Of a stretch of 64,000 nucleotides of DNA, positions 1 through 12,363 are shown piece by piece. Location: contig MNCI01000900.1 in NCBI GenBank assembly GCA_015680685.1, forward strand, positions 132,241 to 196,240, in the 5' to 3' direction. Numbering within the stretch: the stretch's first letter is position 1; each line of letters begins with the position of its first letter. The translations under genes and the position numbers were made by a program. The stretch comes from Gnetum montanum (lineage: Eukaryota; Plantae; Gnetophyta). A model generated the notes under the pieces. That model worked only from the letters and a program-made list of their open reading frames with translations, ran no database searches and was not told the DNA's origin.

Positions 1-670
1 AGATTGCCATGCATGTTCATATCGGACAAAAGAATTCATTTTATAGGAGCTACATTCAAAAAGCTAATGCAACAACTTGGGGTGAATCACAAACTAACTA
101 CACCATACTAACAAGTAGAAGTGACTAACTAGGAAATTACAAGAATAATATCCATAACAATTAGTCGATATAGGAAGGATTGGAGCACTAAACTTAATGA
201 TTCTCTATGGGCATATAGATCAACATGAAACATTCCTATAGGGTATTCGCCATATGAGTTAGTTTATAGTAAAATACCCATATTACTAATCCAACCAAGA
301 CCCAATACTCTTTCCACTGCTTGTATACTTAACCTTGACTTAAGCCTAGCTCAATGAGAATGCCTCATGAATCTTAATCTCTTAGATGAGAATAGATTAG
401 TCACTCAAATGAGTAATGAAATTCACTAAAGTAATCCAAAAATAGACATGATGCTAAAATAAGATAGTGTCAATTCAACTAGGTGATAAAGTCCTCTATT
501 ACAATGCCAGTCATGTCCCCCAAAAGGCTAAGTTCCAAAACTTATGGAAAGGACCCTATACCATCCATGCAACATATCGATATGGTGCCATGTAGATCTA
601 TCACCCAACCAGCCCACAAAACTTGATTCTTGTTAATATGCAACAATTCAAGCATTATCATGACTTTTCC
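1..670 (+). pseudogene. pol: Ty3/gypsy integrase C-terminal remnant
   Basis: Degenerate rve core followed by a GPY-like segment (KFQNLWKGPYTI at about 530-565); several in-frame stops. Confidence 0.85.
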
Positions 671-1628
671 TATTCTTTTAAAGACTCTACCCTATCTACC
701 AGGTGCACTGCCATCCATTCAATATTCCAAATATGCACTTCTCAGAATAGTCATGGCGGTGTTAAACTTGATACTTACGCATGGATTTTTCTTCTAACAC
801 TTTTCTACTTTTTATTCTTTTTCCATTTGTTACTAATTTTTTCATTCTTTTATAGTCTTTCTATTTCTTGAATTATTTTTCACTCTTTAATAATTTTCTA
901 TCTTTTCTATTTTTAACATTTTCTCTAATTATTCATCATCATTCTTGTAAATATTTCTCTTGATTTTTCTAATAAAGTGTAAAGGAATAAAACAATATGC
1001 AGTTCCAATAATGTGAATATTACCCTATATTATCAAATCATTGGAAGACTAATTCTATATATAGTGAGACCACATCATCCATCCACTCATTTCCAATAAT
1101 AAGAGATTCTTACCATGGAGATAATGACTTTCTCTTCATAATAAAACTAAAAGAAACTTGTGATCATTATGACTAGATTGAAGACTGAAGAACCAAGTGG
1201 GAATGAAATGGGTGTGATATCAAAGGTATTTGTGGATTCTCTAGAACTTCTACTAAAAGTCTAATCCTACTATTAAGTTGTATTATTTACTTGAGTTTTA
1301 ACAAAAAATAAAAGTATGTCTAAAATAAGTGATGCCCTACCATGTCACTAGAAAGACATGTTACCCATGCCTAAAGGTAGTCCTATGATAAGTTTGACAC
1401 ATTAATAACATAATAAATGAATAGAATAAAACTTTTTTTGGGGTTCCACTAGAAAGACATGTTATCCATGCCTAAAGGTAGTGACTTCTTAGAAATTTCA
1501 AGGTTTCTTGGACTCACATTGGTTACAAGGATAGAAAGATATGTTACCCATACTTGAAGACACTCTTCTATCCAATGGCCAAGTCTCCTTTAAAAAATAA
1601 AGTGTGCTATTAATAAACTACTTTCTTG

Positions 1629-2808
1629 TGAGGATCAAGAACTTAGAAGGAAGGGGGAGGGGGGCAAAGGAAGGAATAAGTTCCAAAATTAAAATCACTA
1701 AGACCATCAAAATCAAACATAATGTTTACATGGTTCCCCAACTTGGGTAGTCCACAAATGGAGGGTAGAATCCAAGCACACCTTTAGATTTTTTTGCTTC
1801 AAAAATTTGGTTTAGAGGACAACATAGTCTTTACAAAGTTTAAGCCTTGCACTAGAGTGTTTTTACATTATGAACACACTCAACCTTGCAAGATACCAAA
1901 AAGCTCAAAATGTGGTTTAAAGGATCCCATAATCTTTACAGATGTCATTTCTACATTGGAGTGTTTTGTTGCTACAAAATCACTCAACCCATCAAGGTCC
2001 TAAAAAGCTCAACAAAGATGCCTTCTTGCAAGAAGCAGCTCAACCATGTAGGGCTTATAATAAAGAAGAAAATAATCAAGGAGAGAGTGCAACTCAAATT
2101 ACAAATTCTTCGCAAAAGGGATTTCAGTACATAAAACACATTGCAAATGATGAAACAATGAAGAATAAAGAAAATATACTTTTGGAGTAGATAAGGGTAG
2201 ATATTTAATAAATGGTTCATAATCTTTCTCATGAATTCCACTTTGTTTATCCTCTTCAAGCTTCCAAAAATTCCTTGGAATTCATCCAATGGCTAGATAA
2301 AGGCTATCTAAGTTGTCTAATTCTAAGTGGATACATCTATCTATTAGCATTATCAATTCTAGAAAGAAATCTACCTGGATTTTTAGACATCTATCTTAGA
2401 CATCTTTTCCAAGATTTAAACATCTGCTACCAATGTGAGACGTCTATCCTGCAAGCACATTGAAATTTGAATTATTGCACTAACATTTCAACATCCCTAA
2501 AACATCTTCATTTGGCTTATAGAATTCTCTTGTATTCTAACTCTTATCTTGTCATTTCAATGTAGCTCTTGTTCTAGTTTAGCTCTCATTTTGATGTCTT
2601 GGATCTTCTTGTCATCTTGATGTAGCCCTTGGAATGACTTAGGATTTGCTCTTTATCTCGATCTAATATCTTAATACATTAAAGATCTTGATTGTCTTAT
2701 TGTCTTGATCTCATCATGCTCCTGATCTTACTTAGTCCTACAAGGTATTAAAAACACATTTTCCACATTCTACATTTTCTAAGTTTTTGACATACCAAAA
2801 GCTTAACA
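1629..2808 (-). repeat. 3' LTR of the Sirevirus-like element
   Basis: Collinear with 6006-7225. In element orientation it starts TGTTAAGC directly after the PPT and ends ATCCTCA. Confidence 0.85.
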
Positions 2809-5800
2809 ATCTCCCCCTTTTTGGTGATGTCCAAAACTTAAGAAAATGGATTAGTATAATACCATAACAATCAAAGCACAAACAATTGTGAGTGTGTATA
2901 TATATAGCAAAATACAATTAATATATCTTTATTAATGCACTGAACATATCACAAACTTGTCTTCAAATATATATCATAAAAAGAGCCACATTATATAGTA
3001 TGCATGACCAGTATCACAAAACTCTCCCCATTTTTGGATAGCACCCAAAAGGAGAGGATCATGAAAAGTACTTATTTGAACATCCTCAAAAAATTTCCAT
3101 AAGATAAAATTTCATAACATCTTATGGTAATTCCATAGAGATACAAAAACTTAGCTAAGGAAGGAAACATGATGGATATCAGTTAAAGAGTACACATCCT
3201 CTAGCATTAATTTTATAGGGTTGATGATGAAAAACAAAATTTCAGTAAGAGCTGTCCCTTATCTATTTACAAAAAAATTTAAAGTTAATGAGGCACAACT
3301 AATCCAAACACAACTAAGCCATTTCTTTTAATTGATGTCTAACAATATTTAAAACCAAAGGTTGAAGTCCAAAGTTCAACCATTAAAGATCAAGTAATTT
3401 GTCTCTAAACCAATAAGCCATTAGTAAAAAATAACCAATATCTCATGATTCTATAATTACCCAATATTCTTCTCCTTTTAAAACATCAACAAAAATATAA
3501 AGCATATAAATTCTATGGAAAGAAGAGTAAATACATGCACATTCAGATTTTAAGACCTAGATCAAATAATCACAAGAAAGATCAAAGCAATATAACTTCT
3601 CGTGCTAAATATCTCAAAAGATAAAAACTAACCAAACAGATCCTTACCAAGATGCTCATAAATAGATGTAAATAGATATGTCAAGTTCAAGAATACATAA
3701 TCAAGAAAGTCATTTTAATGTAAAGATCCAAAATGTAACATGACCAAAAGAAAGCCCATAATTTTATCTTAGATACATTACCAAGCTTAATATAAATATG
3801 GCTCTTACTTGCTCATCTCTAATGTGGGTGCTAGAGTAGGAGATCTTGAAACTTGAGTGTATTTTGTTGAGAGTTCCTAAAGACTCCCCATACATCTATG
3901 GTCCAAAATACATAGGTTTTTGATAAGGTATAGGCTCCTCCTACATATGTGCAAATATTCTTACCATCTTAAGGCTTCAGTCGTAGGGAGAGTGATATTC
4001 TTTCCTTGGGCCTTTTAGGATTAGTTTGTTCTATTTAGAGATGTAGTTTTGATTGTTCTTTTGTCATCAAAGTACTTGACTTGCATTGCAACACTAAGAT
4101 CAAGTGTGGAGACTAAGGTCTTTCATTAATTATATCTTAAAAAAATTTCTCCTAGATACTTCATAAGGAATCCATTTTAAAATGAAAGGACCATGTGATT
4201 AGACATTGAGGATATAAAAATCATAGTAGCAACTATAGTCTTCAATTTTTGTAATGCATCAATTTCTTGAACATCCATTGGGTTACTTTGTCTTTACAGA
4301 GATGCATCTTTGAATCTCATCAACTTATGCAATAAATTTCCATTAAAATCCATACAAGATATCTTGAAGAAATAGTAGACATCTTGCCTGAGTGTAGAGA
4401 TGTTAGAGTAGATATCTTGAAATCATGTGATAGATATATACCTCCTTAGATAGACATTTGCTATGAAAATGAGATGTATTAAATATAATTGAGAGGTCTA
4501 ATTGTTAGAGTATACCTCTAACCTTCCAAGGCCAAGATTAAAGATGCTCTTTTTGAGGTTTGAAATCTCCAAATACCTCCAAAAGAGTTCCCATTACCCC
4601 TAGAACCTCCTAGACTTGTCAAATAAGTCAAAAACACCTCCAAACATAGAAAATACTTTGGAATCACATAAAAAAATCAACATGAGAAAACACATGTAAA
4701 TAGCACACATACATTGAGGATTACTCAAGGGTTGGGTGATGTCCTCATCAAATATCCATAAATCTCCAATGCCATATCAAGATCAAGTTTGGAGACTTTT
4801 GAAAGCAAGGCCTTCCATTACCTTATGATAAAGATAGAAAATAATTCATGTGCTCAAGAAAATAATTTTGAAATGTTTCTTTTCTTAGAAGATACATGAA
4901 TTATGTTAAAGGTGCCAAATCAAATGCTTCAATTACCATACATAAAAAATATTCTAAAAGTANATCAAATGCTTCAATTACCATACATAAAAAATATTCT
5001 AAAAGTAACTGGACTTTATGATCTTCAAAGGAAGCAACAATGCCATATCATAGCTTAATTAAGAGTACAAAACACAAGACATATATGTTTAAATAACAAT
5101 GAATGTTCAACAAAGATATTTTGGTCCATGAATTACAATCAAGGGCTTTAAATCACTTAAAACCAATACATTCTAGTTAACAACATGATTTATTAACAAT
5201 AGCTTTAAAAGTAGAAAAAGCAAGTCATTATAGCATATTATATATTAATAGTTTGCAAGATCAAGTGGAAATTTCTTTGGATATTCAAATATTTTCAATA
5301 TCTTCCATTCAAAAATTTTTCTAAATGCTAGCATAAAAATAATCTAATCTATTCTAATCTCTTCAAGTCATGGATTATTGATTATAATTATACTTACCAT
5401 TACTTACCTTTCTTACTTTTGGATATGGACATGATTAATCGAGTTTAGGTTGAGGTCCTCTATGATAAAGGACCTCCTTAGCATGCATATGATCTTTTCA
5501 TTTTACCTAACATAAAGATGTTGGTTTGAGTCACTAGCTTCTTCCTCTAGTTTTCTCGGCTTGTGCCTTCAAATCTTTCTAATGTAAAAGTCATACTTTC
5601 TAGGCTTCTTTTGATAAGACCATGTAGTCAATTTATATCATAAATAACAATAAGCTCACTTATGCCCAAAATTATGATAGTAAAAAAATATACTATATCT
5701 CATTTGGGTTGCATGAGTAAATTTGGGTGTATACGACCTATTTGATGAAGTGCTTATAGATATCTTATAATTGGAATGACTTAGTTCTCTATCATTGTTT

Positions 5801-5991
5801 GGATCTCCACTTTATCCCAACATGATTTGTAGAGTCTCCTTTTCTTGTGTTAACCTATCCCACATAAAAAACTCTTGCATTTGAGTCTTCTAGCACGTAA
5901 AGGTGACCCCATTGAACATTGGTGACTTGATGTATGATCCTTATTTCATCATTTACTCTTGAGTTATTATGCTTAAAATTGGGAGTACTAA

Positions 5992-6003
5992 GCTCTAATA
6001 CCA
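5992..6003 (-). promoter_or_regulatory. Primer-binding site (tRNA-iMet type)
   Basis: Reverse complement TGGTATTAGAGC, one transition from canonical TGGTATCAGAGC, 2 nt from the LTR end. Confidence 0.85.
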
Positions 6004-6005
6004 CT

Positions 6006-7225
6006 TGAGGATTGAGAAGTTAGAAGGAGGGAGAGCCCCGGGGGGAGGGGGGGGGGGGGGGGGGGGAATAAATTTCCTAATTAAAAANGAATAAATTTCC
6101 TAATTAAAAGCACTATAGCTACCAAAATCAAACATAATGTTTAGTTAGTTCCCTCATGTGGGTAGTTCATACGTGGACTATAGAATCAATGCACATCTTC
6201 AAACTTTGTTACTTCAAAAATGTGAATTAGAGGATGTCATAACCTTTACAAAGTCTAAGCCTTACTCTAGATTGTTTCAACACTATGAACACACTCAACC
6301 TTACAAGATCCTAACAAGCTCAAAATATGATTTAAAGGATCCCATAACCTTTACAAACGTGAGATCTCCACTAGAGTGTTTTTTCACTGCAAAACCACTA
6401 AAGTTCTTCAAGGTCCTAACAAGCTCAACAAAGATGCCTTCCCTCAAGAAGCACATCAATCCCACAGGACTTATAAGAAAGAGGAACAGAATTAAGAAGA
6501 AAGTGTAACTTAATTTACAAATTTCTTGCAATAGGGTTCTCAGTACATACAACACCTTACAAATGATGAAATAATGAAGATCAAAGCAAATTCACTCTTG
6601 AAGTAGCCATGGATAGATATTTAATAAATGATTTATAATCTTTATCATGAATTCCACTTTGTTTTATACTCTTCGAGCTTTTGAAAATCCCTCAAAATTC
6701 ATCCAAAAACTAGATAATGGATATATGAGACATCTAATTCGAAGTGGAGACATATGTCTATAAACATTGTTAATTATAGAAAGACATCTACCTAGATATG
6801 TAGACATATACCCTTAGACTTCTATCATTAGACGTCTTTTCCAAGAGTTGGATGTCTGTTGCCAATGTGAGACATTTACTCTGCAAGCACATTAAACTTG
6901 AATCATTACTATGATCTTTTGACATCTTGGTAGTCCTTGGATGATCTTCATTTGGTTTGTAAACTTCTCTTGTACTCTAGCTCTTATCTTGTCATCCCAA
7001 AGTAGCTCTCATTTTGATGTACTAGATCTTCTTGTCATCTTGATGTTGTGCTTGAAATGACTTAGGATTTAATCTTTAACCTGATCTAATGTCTTGATAC
7101 ATTAAAGATCTTGATTGTGCTATTTTACTAATCTCATCATGATATTAGTCTCACTTAGCCCTACAAGATAATACAAATATATTTTTCACATATTGACTTT
7201 TCTAAGTTTTTGAGATACCCTTGAA
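6006..7225 (-). repeat. 5' LTR of the Sirevirus-like element (outer end eroded)
   Basis: Collinear with 1629-2808 and followed in element orientation by the PBS at 6003-5992. Similarity is lost at about 7219-7230. Confidence 0.8.
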
Positions 7226-8599
7226 CTTCATTGCCAAGTTTTAATACTTCTTGTATAAGTGGTAGTCTTGTGGTTGTTAGTTTTGGGATGATGCAATGCA
7301 AGATCACTAGTAAGTGGTATGGACTTGGTTTGGATCTTAGATAGAAAGGCTAATGATTACTTTAAACACACATTGCACACAAGAAACCATTGTGCCTATG
7401 GTAAAGCATCTCACATCCCAATTCTTGTAATCCCTTATACTTCCATCTCACTGTACTGCTATATATAATTGTAATTTAATGGTTTTGGATAACATAGTGT
7501 TATTTTCTCATTTGGATGATACTAACATGTGTGTGTTTTGCAAGATAGGCATGTTTTACATTTAACTCCATGAGTGCCTATGAACACTTGTAGTAGGTGT
7601 AGTTATAACAAGGTACTAAGGGCTAGAGCCTACTTTAGGGAGGACCTACTTGTATAATTCTTGTACCTCATATTTGATGATTAATTCCACATCATCTTGT
7701 ACCTCCAAGATACTTAAACCATCAACTTTCACTTTACTACATTCTCATAACTGATCATGATTTTGACAATTTCTACTATCATCTCCTATATATCTCATTA
7801 ACTTTCTTTGCCAAAGATTCCTTCCCTCACAAGATTTTATTATCGAATTTTCATATTTTGAGCATCATTCATAATCAATAATCCTTTATATCACTAACTC
7901 GTCCAAAATATTCATTTATCCCAATTTTCCCACCAAAGTTACTCAAAATTCAATATTTTTTGAAGTTGATGTCATAGCTATGATGTATTAGGCCCTAATA
8001 CGTCATAGCTACAATGCTATATCTATGATGTAGCCAACATAAACCTTCTATATATATGCATAGGATTTAGGAGGATTTTCATTTTTCACATTCCAAGGAA
8101 GGGGAGTTCTTGCTATTTTTCTGACCCTTTGGCAGGTAACCTTCCAAGCACCATAACTCTCTCATCATAGCTTTGATTTTTGTGATTCTTGAACCTTCTT
8201 GATTATGGAGTGACCAACTTAGTCATGGGGAAGAGTGCTATGTGTAAATAAATTAAATTGAGCCAAATTTCTATAATGATAAAAGAGTATATTAAGGGTA
8301 GGAATAGGAATAAATAAGCATATTTAAACCAATTCTTCTAATCACCCATCCAATCACATAATAAATGAGAAAATAATAACTTTGAGAGGTCATAATAATC
8401 AAAAGAGCAACAAATAAGGATTTCATTTTGAAATTTTCAAAATTTTTCTAACCCTACAATCATAATAAGAGCTATAAGTAATAATAAGGATAAAATTATG
8501 ATGAAATTCTAGAATCTGAGGAAGGACTATGAACTATTAGGAACCTATTTGAAATCCTTTGATAATATTAAATGAATCCTTGATGGTTGTAGATGGCTT

Positions 8600-11260
8600 A
8601 TAAAATCCCACAGAAGGAAGATGCTCATAGCAAGGAAGAAAAAGACCTAAAAGTAAAGGCAAAGGACAAGCTAGAGAACAAACTCCACAAGCGAAGCAGG
8701 AGGCTCAATTCTTCAACATCCATTAGCAAACACCTATAACAAAAAAATTTGCACAAGTTGAGGCTTAAGTACCACTAGATCCAAAGTAAGGAAAGCACCT
8801 CATGCAATCACCAAAATGTCTATAGGTCATTCAAGAAAAATCAATCTTATTCATAGTTATCATGGAATTCAACTTTGGACAATTCATGGAATTTGCACCT
8901 GCCAATGTTCGAGAACAAATGCAAGCCTATCCCCTATGACCAATCCTATCATGTAGTGGAGAATGGTACTTAGGAGAAGTATACCAATTTTAGAGGAATA
9001 AGTAGGATGATGCTACAATTAAAATTTAAGAAGTCATAGTGCCTTACTTAGTGAAAGCAATTGCAAAGGTACTTAATATTTCTAATGTCAAAGTAAATAT
9101 TGCACAGATATCTACAAGATCAAACAGTGAAGTAGTTATGGCTACAAAGGATGTATGACAAAGCAGATAAAGAATATAGTGAATTGTCTATAGAGAAGAA
9201 AATATACTTGAAGATAGAAACCTACCATATTTATTCCATCAAAAGGCTCAAGTAAATTTCCACCTATGCTACAAGAGGAAGCATTATTATTATGGGAAAA
9301 TTTAATACAAAATTGGTTCATTTAGTCTTTTTAGAAATCGAAAGTAGATTTGAATAAAAGAAGACAAGGAAACTCACATTACCATTTCCTTACCTCATCT
9401 GAAGGTTAAGAAAGGAATTTTGGATTCTAGGCTACACAAATGATGTCTTACACAAGGCCTAGAATGCATCTTATGGTAACATGTCAAAACAAGTGCCTCT
9501 AAAGAAAGACCAACTAGAAAAGCCAACAAGTAATGAGGGATCAATAGGATCAAAACCAGGAGGTAACATTTGAGTTACATGAAAAGAACAAGTAGGACCT
9601 AGTTGATTAGTCTCATCTAGTGATAAACCTAGATTAAGTGCTCCACCAACATAATAGGACTATCGATCTACCATGATCCATTTGTAGCAAATTGCTAAAA
9701 CCATAATTTGGGGTATCAATAGGACCCATTTGTGAAAAAATCTCATTGCAAGTAGGAGAAGATGAAGATTGGGCACAATAGATCCCTAGAAAAATTGCAT
9801 CCTTTTACATAATGCTAGAGCTAGGAGAAGGAACCATAGTCATGGTAATGCAACACTAGGATGTAGTAAGAGTAGCAGAGGTGATTACAAACAATATTAA
9901 AGAATTATTCAATGTTTCCATTGTACCATCAATAGATATTACTAGAACTAGAGATGTTCAAATGATAACCAAAACATCTATGCCCCTAAAAGAACATGAA
10001 GACATTCTAGATCAATTGCTAAAGATAGGCTAAGTAATGAAAAATCTCTTTGATATCCCTAGCAATATTACAAAAATATATTCAAATTTCATCAAAATAA
10101 AGGGTAAGTTGATACTAACTAAAATAAGAGCTAAACATGTAGAGAATGAAGTGTAGAGGGTGCAAGTTCAAGTAGCAGCCTTAAGAGTAGTAAAAAGAGA
10201 ACTTGCACAATACATAGCATCAGACCAACTTGATAAATTTAGAATGGAACAAGTGACTTAGGTCATAGGTAGAAACATCCAAGTAGAAATGGAAATAGAA
10301 AAGGCAACATGAAACACCTCTATATTCGAAGCTCAAAGCCATACACATGCCAGAGTATTACCTATCCTCAAATAAGAAAACAAAGGAATTACTTCCAAAA
10401 ATATAAGGTTGAAAAATATAGAAAAACAAAAGAATGTTCTTGAATAAAGCATCCATAAGCTTAGAGAATAATTTGTAAGAGCTAACCAAGACATGAAAAA
10501 ACTAGGTAAAGAAAATAAAATCCTATCAATGAAGGAAGTTCATGCGATCTATCAAAAAATCTACTATTAAAATTAACACATGACAAAATGAGGCCAAAAA
10601 GCATGAAAGGCTAATAGAGCACTTTAGAGGCTAGGTGGACATGTACAAATAAATCAATGAAAAAGAAATTCAAATGACTAAAGACAAAATCAAATCTATC
10701 ACTATAAAAATACCTTATTAGTAGCCAATCGTGGATGGTCTCATCCATGTCCATTAAACTAAATTGAAGAAAAAGACCCTACAAATTGAAGACCTTATAG
10801 AGTACATGGGATTAGCAATAAATTGGAGTAGTAAGTGATTGTAACCTATATGTTATATGAGAAAGAGTTTTTAGATAGAAAGGATACATAATAAAAATTG
10901 CATATTGTAAGTTCTAAGCTTGAAGTGGTTATAGCTAGTTACTAGAAGTAGAAGGATGTAGCAGCAAACCTAGCCCGCAAAATGGTAGATTATCAAAAGT
11001 TAAGAAAAGTGGCCAAGGCATTTGAAGAAGAAATATGATAGTCTGTAACTTAGTATGTAAAGGCAAACAAGATGTTCCCATAGTTTTCATGCCCATGGGA
11101 GGTATCGACTCTAGCGAGCATCAAAAAATTTTCTTGAATGGTATATTATCCTTGATTTGAAGAAGAGAAACTTTGAGCATTACTCAATAGATATCAAATC
11201 TGAAAGCACAATGATAAAAGAAAGAAGCCAATGAAAGAGCCATCGTCACTAAGGACATAC
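8600..11260 (+). pseudogene. Athila env-like/extra ORF remnant with a long C-terminal coiled-coil
   Basis: Degenerate translation includes FMEFAPANVREQMQAYPL..GEWYLGEVYQF, VIVPYLVKAIAKVLNI and LVHLVFLEIESRFE..KLTLPFPYLI, resembling the Athila env-like/plant transposon protein pattern. An E/K/Q-rich heptad region follows. Homologous to 35300-36460 (+) and 58050-59960 (-). Confidence 0.65.
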
Positions 11261-11496
11261 AACTATATTGAGCTTTACTATTTTATTTTGTTTCATTTTA
11301 TATTGTTGTTTTAAATTATCAAATTATGTCAATCATGCAATGCATGGTAACTTTGTAAATACCACTTGAACCACAATTCAACATTCTATATACAAGTAAT
11401 CATATTAAAGTCTGAATACATCTCATAATTTTATAAGAAACTATATTTCCCTTTTATTATAACACAAGGATGAGTATCCAATTAGTCATGGTGGTA

Positions 11497-12363
11497 TAAT
11501 AAAATCCATTAAGTCAAATGTTATGATATCATAGCTTTACTTACATCATTATAGATATGATGTAGTAGGCCTTGGTCATGACTATAAATACCAATCCACC
11601 ATCACATTGTTGGAACAACTTTTGTACAACACTTAGTAATTTTCTTGTAGTTTATTTTTGTGAGTTACACTTAGAGTTAGAGTTAGAAGTGAATGCTTAC
11701 AATGTGGTAACTAATAGTTGTATGAAGTATTTATTGGAGTGGATTATACCTAGACACAATTCACAACCAACAATAAATATTGAGATTATTTCTTACTATT
11801 GTAGCATTCTACTTGGTTTACTTAGATTAATTTTAGTTTCCAACATGTTTGATTTTATATCATTTACATTTCTTGAAAAATTTACTTTACTAATGTCTCT
11901 TAGTAGGATGGTATAAGTATGATTGGTTTTGAGGATTAAGTGTACTCATTTGGTAACCTAGTAATGGCTTCACTTGATTTGCTTAGTAGTGAATCCACTT
12001 GGTAATCCTAGTAATGGTTACATGAGCCTAGGGTATGTACATCAAGCTAGAAATGAATGTTTATGACCATAGGCTAGGATAGATTTACATTTTTTTGTCA
12101 CTTAGATTTAGATTTTATTCTCATTTTTCAGTATGGAAGTGCTTAGGATTAATTTGAGCTAACAACATCAAGATATCATATGCCTCATCAAGAGTTAAAC
12201 CATACTACTTGCACTTCACTAACTCAACATGAGAAGACAATGATACCAAATCAACTATCAATAACTAGCATACTTATATTTTCCATCCATGGATTATGAT
12301 TTGGTTATGTGTGTGCACTCATGACTTGTATGGTGGAGGCTTGGAATGCCTAGTCACTCATCA
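11497..12363 (+). repeat. 3' LTR of Athila-like element A
   Basis: Preceded by PPT AGTCATGGTGGTA, contains CTATAAATA at about 11582 and ends CACTCATCA. Similar to the LTRs at 23752-24591, 56963-57823 and 61529-62533. Confidence 0.8.

Larger units (their letters stand above)
1629..7225 (-). mobile_element. Sirevirus-like Ty1/copia element, internally deleted and non-autonomous, nested in element A
   Basis: Two ~1.2-kb direct LTRs (1629-2808, 6006-~7225). PBS-Met TGGTATTAGAGC on minus at 5992-6003. PPT AAAAAGGGGGAGAT on minus at 2809-2824, with extra PPT-like copies near 3021 and 3470. C-rich tract at the LTR 3' end. Decayed gag zinc knuckle (FYYHNFGHK*AYC) on minus at about 5645-5695. Confidence 0.8.
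1..12363 (+). mobile_element. Athila-like Ty3/gypsy LTR retrotransposon A (3' half: integrase end, 3' non-coding region, env-like ORF, PPT, 3' LTR), decayed and interrupted by a copia element at 1629-7225
   Basis: Positions 1-280 translate with stops and frameshifts as an integrase core (FISD..HF..ATFKKLMQQLGVNHKLTTPY..RKDWSTKLNDSLWAYRST..IPIGYSPYELVY). Segments 1000-1600 and 7240-8500 are collinear with 32750-34800 of element C. PPT at 11484-11496, LTR at 11497-12363. Confidence 0.85.

Noticed and set aside
1794-2463. Overlapping short ORFs (also 6158-6555)
   Set aside because: They lie within LTRs, their frames are not conserved between the two LTRs and they have no domain motifs.
4919-5007. 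44-bp perfect tandem duplication
   Set aside because: The copies are separated by a single N at 4963, which is typical of an unmerged contig overlap (assembly artefact).
6039-6110. Long G-run (possible G-quadruplex) and a 21-bp duplication
   Set aside because: The G-run corresponds to the C-rich LTR end, and its length is unreliable next to the N at 6088. The duplication is a gap artefact.
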